32,000 nt of DNA from Candidatus Kuenenia stuttgartensis. Its GTDB lineage: Bacteria > Planctomycetota > Brocadiia > Brocadiales > Brocadiaceae. The stretch spans positions 2,280,001-2,312,000 of the forward strand of contig NZ_LT934425.1 of the NCBI RefSeq assembly GCF_900232105.1, in the 5' to 3' direction. The notes below the pieces were generated by a model that saw only the letters and a list, made by a program, of their open reading frames with translations, did not search any database and was not told the DNA's origin. Below, one piece after another: positions 27,043 through 32,000 of the stretch (position 1 is the first letter of the stretch; each line of letters starts with the position of its first letter). The translations under genes and the position numbers were made by a program.

Positions 27043-28545
27043 ATGAATAAATCACCCTTCATCTCCAAAACAAAATACATCGCCGGTATTCAGTGCCATA
27101 AACTCCTCTGGCATTACTACAACGCAAAGGAAGAGTTCCAGGAAGTAGATGCCGGCACGCAATCGCTATTCGACCAAGGACATTTAGTCGGTGAATACGC
27201 AAAAAAACGCTATCCAACCGGAATAGAAGTGTCTGAAGATATCATCGCTTTTGAAAAGGTCATTGAGCAATCTAAACAGTTAATCTCAAAACGCCTACCG
27301 CTTTTTGAAGCCGCATTTCGTTATAAAAACGCTTACGCCCGCGCAGATATTCTAAATCCGGCAGGAAGAAAAGCCTGGGAAATTATAGAAGTGAAAAGTT
27401 CAACCCAGGTGAAAGATATTCATCTTTACGACCTTTCTTTGCAGTGGTATACATATAAAGGAACCGGACTTGAGATCAAACGATGTTATCTTCTGCATAT
27501 TAATAATGAATATGTCCGCAAAGGAGAAATCGATCCGGGAAAGTTATTTGCCCTTGAAGATATTACATCGGATGTGAAAATATTACTTCCAGAAGTTGAA
27601 GGACGATTGGAAAAAATGATCAAAGTAATTGCAGCAAAAAAATATCCCAAAATTGAAATCGGTTTACATTGTAACGACCCTTACGAATGTCCGCTGCAAG
27701 AAAAATGCTTTGATTATTTGCCAAGACACAATCCGCTGACGTTATATTACTTCAAAGGAGAGAAAGCCTTTTCATTGATAAATGATGGCGTCACCGATAT
27801 TCTAAAGTTCGATGATTCCATCACACTATCCGCTAAACAAAAGATACAGATACAGAGTCTTCGGTCAAAAAGAGAGTATGTAAATAAAGAGGGAATACAG
27901 TCATTCTTAAATAAACTTGCTTATCCTTTATATTATCTTGATTTTGAGACTATCGGAACTGCAATCCCGCTGTTTGACCATGTAAAACCGTATCAACAGA
28001 TTCCATTTCAGTTCTCGCTTCATATTCAAGCATCACCAAAGAGTAAACTTGAGCACATCGGTTATTTAGCAGAAGGCAAAGACGACCCCCGTCCGGAATT
28101 ATTAAAGCTATTGAAAAAACACCTTGGCATGAAAGGATCGATTGTTACATACAACGCATCCTTTGAAAAAGACAAACTCAACAAAGCGTGCGAAGCATTT
28201 CCGGCTTACCGGGAGTGGAATCGGAAGATACAAGCCCGAATAGTTGATCTGTTGGATCCTTTCAAAGCCTTCTACTACTATAACTACAAACAAGAGGGAA
28301 GCGCATCGATCAAATCTGTCTTACCTGTACTAACGGGAAAAGGATATGATGGGATGGAGATCGCCGATGGTGGAACGGCGAGCAATGAATATCTGCGAGT
28401 GACGTATGGAGAAGGTGTTACCGAAAAAGAGCGAAAGACAGTTCGGAAATATCTTGAAGAGTATTGTGAGTTGGATACGATGGCGATGGTGAAAATTGTT
28501 GAAAAGTTGATAAAGATTTCCAATGGCAAAGTAGATTATTCGTAA
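27043..28545 (+). CDS. DUF2779 domain protein (Cas4-like PD-(D/E)XK N-terminus plus DEDD/RNase H-like C-terminus)
   Basis: TKYIAGIQCHKLLWHYYN, ARADIL...AWEIIEVKSST, YPLYYLDFETIGTAIPLFDHVKPYQQIPFQFSLH, TYNASFEKDKL, YCELDTMAMVKI. Confidence 0.82.
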   Translation: MNKSPFISKTKYIAGIQCHKLLWHYYNAKEEFQEVDAGTQSLFDQGHLVGEYAKKRYPTGIEVSEDIIAFEKVIEQSKQLISKRLPLFEAAFRYKNAYARADILNPAGRKAWEIIEVKSSTQVKDIHLYDLSLQWYTYKGTGLEIKRCYLLHINNEYVRKGEIDPGKLFALEDITSDVKILLPEVEGRLEKMIKVIAAKKYPKIEIGLHCNDPYECPLQEKCFDYLPRHNPLTLYYFKGEKAFSLINDGVTDILKFDDSITLSAKQKIQIQSLRSKREYVNKEGIQSFLNKLAYPLYYLDFETIGTAIPLFDHVKPYQQIPFQFSLHIQASPKSKLEHIGYLAEGKDDPRPELLKLLKKHLGMKGSIVTYNASFEKDKLNKACEAFPAYREWNRKIQARIVDLLDPFKAFYYYNYKQEGSASIKSVLPVLTGKGYDGMEIADGGTASNEYLRVTYGEGVTEKERKTVRKYLEEYCELDTMAMVKIVEKLIKISNGKVDYS

Positions 28546-28626
28546 TACATTCTCTCCTGAAAAAATAACCTATCATGTTGAAACAGGTACGCAGATTCCG
28601 GGAACACAAGAATATGGTAAGTCTTC

Positions 28627-28807
28627 ACCCATAAGGTGTGGGTAAAATCCGTTAGACAGTAGGGTGGATCAAGCGACAGCGAATCAACCGTTTCATTTAT
28701 TATTGGTGGATTTGCTGTGAAAAAGCCCACCCTACACGAAATGAGAGAAAAGAGTCTTGGCGAGCATGGTATATTAACCCTGTCAGGGTTGTTTCTTTCA
28801 TTTTGTG
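28627..28807. repeat. Dispersed noncoding repeat, family R2 copy 2
   Basis: cacccataaggtg...ttagacagtagggtggatcaagcgacagcgaatc...catggtatattaaccctgtcagggttgtttc matches 2293-2515. Confidence 0.75.
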
Positions 28808-28829
28808 GGAAATATGCCATAGTAGCTGC

Positions 28830-29324
28830 ATGAACGAAGAACATTCACCTATGAAATTGCTTATGCAAAGATTGCAGCATAATGAAAGCGAAGTGGTGCG
28901 TCAAGCCCTTGAAGAAATTGGCAGATCCGGAAAGGGGAATCGCGAGGCCATAAAAATGCTTCAGGATTTTTTAAAGGGAGAGCGGCGAATGCCTCTCCGC
29001 GTTTTGGCGGTTCAAACTATTGCAAAAATAAAGGAGTCCCCTCAATCTTCCGCAAAAGAATTCAAGAAACCGAACGTCTTTCAGTGTCCGGGGGCGGAGA
29101 AGATAAAAAGGGTGGAAATTTTGGAGGTAACGTGTCCCTACTGCCATCAGAAAGGTACGGCGTCGGTGGCCGGTTTTGAATATGAATTCGAATGCGAGAG
29201 CTGCGGGGGAATGATACAGCGTGATATCCCTGAAAGCTGTATTGAGAAATGTCCCGTGGGAAGCGAGTGTGTCGGTGAAGGGCGTTATCAAAAATATTTA
29301 CAAGGCAGAAAGAAAGCTACTTGA
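28830..29324 (+). CDS. Small HEAT-like/zinc-ribbon protein (paralog B)
   Basis: Almost the same protein as 17777-18280; CPYC / CESC pairs. Confidence 0.7.
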   Translation: MNEEHSPMKLLMQRLQHNESEVVRQALEEIGRSGKGNREAIKMLQDFLKGERRMPLRVLAVQTIAKIKESPQSSAKEFKKPNVFQCPGAEKIKRVEILEVTCPYCHQKGTASVAGFEYEFECESCGGMIQRDIPESCIEKCPVGSECVGEGRYQKYLQGRKKAT

Positions 29325-29915
29325 AATACATAGCGCAGCCTTTGGCCGCAACCAAATTCGAAATACGAATATCGAATCTATTAAAATAAGGAATTTAGAA
29401 ACCGCAAATACACGCAAATGGACGCAAATATTTTTAACGGGAGTCACAGAAATCTGGCAATCTAGTCTCTGACCACTGCCTACTGCTTCTGGCGACCGGC
29501 TTTCGCGTTCATTGGCGTCCATTAGCGGTTATCTTTCTAAACAACCTCCAGGGAATTTCGAATTACGGGGAAAATAGGAATAATAAGAGAAGTGTCCCTA
29601 TATCCTATTTCCCCCCCTATATCCCTTGCTCATGGATCGAGGATGCTTCCCCTCAGGTGGCACGGCCAACTTGAGCAGAATACAACGTGATCGCGCGATA
29701 TAGCAGACGAGTCCGGCACAGGGGTTGTAGCCTTGTCGTTGATCGCAGTTGTTATGCGATTAAGACGTTGAATTAATATTTACTGAATGGCATATAGTAG
29801 ATTTGCAGGAAATTTTAAAATTGGCTAGACAAGGTATAAAATAAAGGCGAAATAGCGCTTGCCAATGATCCTAAAATAATATATATTCATAGTATATATT
29901 CAAAGGAGGTGTTTT

Positions 29916-30143
29916 GTGAAAACTGCAAAAATTTTTCAAAACGGTCAAAGCCAGGCTGTTAGGCTGCCCAAGGAGTTTCGGTTTGAGGGTGACCACGTAT
30001 TTATCAAAAAGTCGGGAAATATTGTGATGCTTATTCCAGCCAAAGAATCGTGGAATTCTTTGGTAGACAGCCTTGATAAATTTACCGATGACTTCATGGG
30101 TGAGAGAAAACAGTTAGATACCCAGACAAGGGAGCCACTTTAA
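29916..30143 (+). CDS. vapB: VapB-like (AbrB/SpoVT fold) antitoxin
   Basis: MKTAKIFQNGQSQAVRLPKEFRFEGDHVFIKKSGNIVMLIP; GTG start, stop overlaps vapC. Confidence 0.85.
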   Translation: MKTAKIFQNGQSQAVRLPKEFRFEGDHVFIKKSGNIVMLIPAKESWNSLVDSLDKFTDDFMGERKQLDTQTREPL

Positions 30144-30544
30144 TGAAATGTATGCTTGATACCAATATATGCATTTATCTCATCAAGCGGAAAAACCCTA
30201 AAATCCTTGCGTATCTCAAAAAACACGACATAGGGGAGGTTGGTATTTCATCTATTACCCTCGCGGAACTTCAATACGGGGTGGCAAACAGCAATTATAT
30301 CCAGAGAAACAGAGAGGCTTTACATGAGTTTATCCTGCCTCTTGAAATTGCAGATTTCGATGAAAAGGTTGCTGAGGTGTACGGGAATGTGAGGGCGAAC
30401 CTTGAAAAGGCAGGAACCCCTATTGGCTCAATGGATATGCTCATTGGCGCTCATGCCATGAGTCTCGGTGTAACCCTTGTATCTAATAATACCAGGGAAT
30501 TTAATCGTATAAAAGGGCTTAAGGTTGTAGACTGGACCATTTGA
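30143..30544 (+). CDS. vapC: VapC-like PIN-domain ribonuclease toxin
   Basis: MLDTNICIYLIKRKNPKIL, ISSITLAELQYGV, GSMDMLIGAHAMSLGVTLVSNNTREFNRIKGLKVVDW. Confidence 0.9.
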   Translation: MKCMLDTNICIYLIKRKNPKILAYLKKHDIGEVGISSITLAELQYGVANSNYIQRNREALHEFILPLEIADFDEKVAEVYGNVRANLEKAGTPIGSMDMLIGAHAMSLGVTLVSNNTREFNRIKGLKVVDWTI

Positions 30545-30955
30545 AGGTAGGGAATCAGGCCTACGGTGACATTCAACAGCGTAGTGGTAAGACGTGCCTT
30601 GCTACTGTTTGAACACGCACCAGAGGTGGTAACCCTAAAGCGTAAAAAGGGGCATACCTTGATCAGGGGTTAACATGTCGATAGTTTGGGCTTGATCACA
30701 AATCAAGGTGTGAACCGTATCTTCACTCCTAACTCCGCACTTTAGTGCGGAGATATTCGTAAAAAACCCGACTTTAGCCAGGACTTTGGATTATTCCGTA
30801 ACCCCGACAGAGTTCCAAACTCTGTCAGGGTTAAATCAACTATTCCCCGCGCATTTGACCGCCATGGATTAACAGTACTTCAGGGCTAAAGCCCCGGACA
30901 TTTTTATTTTGTCAACCCCATGCTAAAGCATGGGGTTAAAGCATGGATGGATTTT

Positions 30956-31540
30956 TCAAAAAACTAAAGTGTTACGGCAAAATGGATTTGTGTATTTCTC
31001 TATACCTACCGTAGTCATTGGCCCGTGGGCGGGAAAGACAAGGGTTTCGTCAGGCAGGGTGAAGATATGCTTGCGGATATGTTCTGTCTGGCATTGAGCG
31101 GCCTTTGAAGAATTCGTACCACCAACTGAACCGCAAAAAAGCGCATCTCCTGTAAACACACCACCGGGGATATAGTACGACATTCCATGAAGAGTATGGC
31201 CAGGCGTGGATAATGCTTTGAATTGCAGCGAACCAACCTCAATTATTTCGCTGCCCTGCAGCATGTTATTGGCAGAATGTACTTCTCCCTCTCCGGCATA
31301 ACTCTTAACAGGATAACGGCGGGAAAACTCCTGCATGCCTTCGGTATGGTCCCAATGTCCATGCGTAAAAAAGAGATATTGTAAGAGGATTTGCCGTTCC
31401 CGGATAAAAGCCTCTATTTCATCGCTGAAACCCCCGGGATCAATAAATACCCCTACCCTGGTTTCAGGGTCTGCAACAAGATACCCGTTAATCGGGTAAC
31501 TTCCCACGGTAAAACGCCTGAATATCAGATTGCAAATCAT
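30956..31540 (-). CDS. MBL-fold metallo-hydrolase (glyoxalase II-like)
   Basis: FFTHGHWDHTEG (HxHxDH-type), STPGHTLHGMSYYIPGGVFTGDALF, FPAHGPMTTVGIE. Confidence 0.88.
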   Translation of the reverse strand: MICNLIFRRFTVGSYPINGYLVADPETRVGVFIDPGGFSDEIEAFIRERQILLQYLFFTHGHWDHTEGMQEFSRRYPVKSYAGEGEVHSANNMLQGSEIIEVGSLQFKALSTPGHTLHGMSYYIPGGVFTGDALFCGSVGGTNSSKAAQCQTEHIRKHIFTLPDETLVFPAHGPMTTVGIEKYTNPFCRNTLVF

Positions 31541-31597
31541 GGCGTGATCTCCTTTGAGTAATTCGTTTTTTTCAAAAAATAAACGGCAAACCCCAGG

Positions 31598-31999
31598 TTA
31601 ATCATAGCGCACCTCATCCCGGTTTGCCGCCTGATTTATATCGGTATCAACCCACTTTGTATCTACAAAATGCGCCTTATGAAACACCGCTTCATCAAGC
31701 GTGCATTTCTCAAAACTGCAACGGATAAAAATTGCTGCCCGAAAAATAGCCTTTTGCAGACGGCACTCCACAAACCGAGTATCAATGAAGGTTGAGAAGG
31801 GAAAGCGGACGAAAAAGTAATCCTCCCGCTCAAACAGGCAATCATGCCAAAATGAACCACTGAAGGCGACCTCGCTGAAAGAGGAACCCCGGAGCTGGCA
31901 CTTGTGAAATGTGGAGAATCCGAAGGAACTCAGTTTTGCCGTGGTTTTTGCTATCGTACATCCGGAGAAATGGTTTGAGGTAAAAAGGGCATCCTGTAT
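31598..31999 (-). CDS. Pentapeptide-repeat-like protein (start beyond window)
   Basis: Open reading from base 31999 to stop at 31598: ...FHKCQLRGSSFSEVAFSGSFWHDCLF...FSTFIDTRFVECRLQKAIFRAAIFIRCSFEKCTLDEAVFHKAHFVDTKW. Confidence 0.55.
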   Translation of the reverse strand: MQDALFTSNHFSGCTIAKTTAKLSSFGFSTFHKCQLRGSSFSEVAFSGSFWHDCLFEREDYFFVRFPFSTFIDTRFVECRLQKAIFRAAIFIRCSFEKCTLDEAVFHKAHFVDTKWVDTDINQAANRDEVRYD

Positions 32000-32000
32000 C

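Noticed and set aside
29580-29770. Possible group II intron or structured RNA near gatcgcgcgatatagcag...gttatgcgattaag
   Set aside because: No diagnostic intron boundary or domain V-like motif could be confirmed by eye.
1-32000. CRISPR array
   Set aside because: No regularly spaced direct repeats with unique spacers seen; the repeats present are dispersed palindromes or long direct repeats.
1-32000. tRNA or rRNA genes
   Set aside because: No cloverleaf or rRNA-conserved sequence recognised on either strand by eye.

Overview
The window looks like accessory and respiratory DNA from an anammox-type planctomycete (inferred from content, not proven). Left part: 3' end of an Amt/Rh ammonium transporter, ftcD, a glutaredoxin-like gene and a UMF1-type MFS transporter. 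Next comes a decayed HigA-like antitoxin, then an accessory block with a DUF262 protein, a decayed helicase fragment and a Fic protein. A compact minus-strand cluster of multiheme cytochromes c, a cytochrome b-like fragment and an alpha/beta hydrolase follows. After it are secreted CX4CH proteins, one split by an IS1634/IS4-type insertion. From about 17.3 kb the window is a mosaic of dispersed palindromic repeats, gene fragments, toxin-antitoxin modules (MazF/PemK-like, VapBC) and duplicated segments. The best candidate for an undescribed system is the four-gene, tightly overlapping operon at 20181-26095: a large unknown protein, a two-motif PLD-family protein, a protein made of two copies of a ~210-aa domain, and an unknown protein with an SHALERLYER motif. 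It sits between a RAYT-type direct repeat with a (TTAGG)n tract and a decayed HAD gene with a MITE-like element. All family assignments come from motif and sequence recognition by eye; no database search was run.
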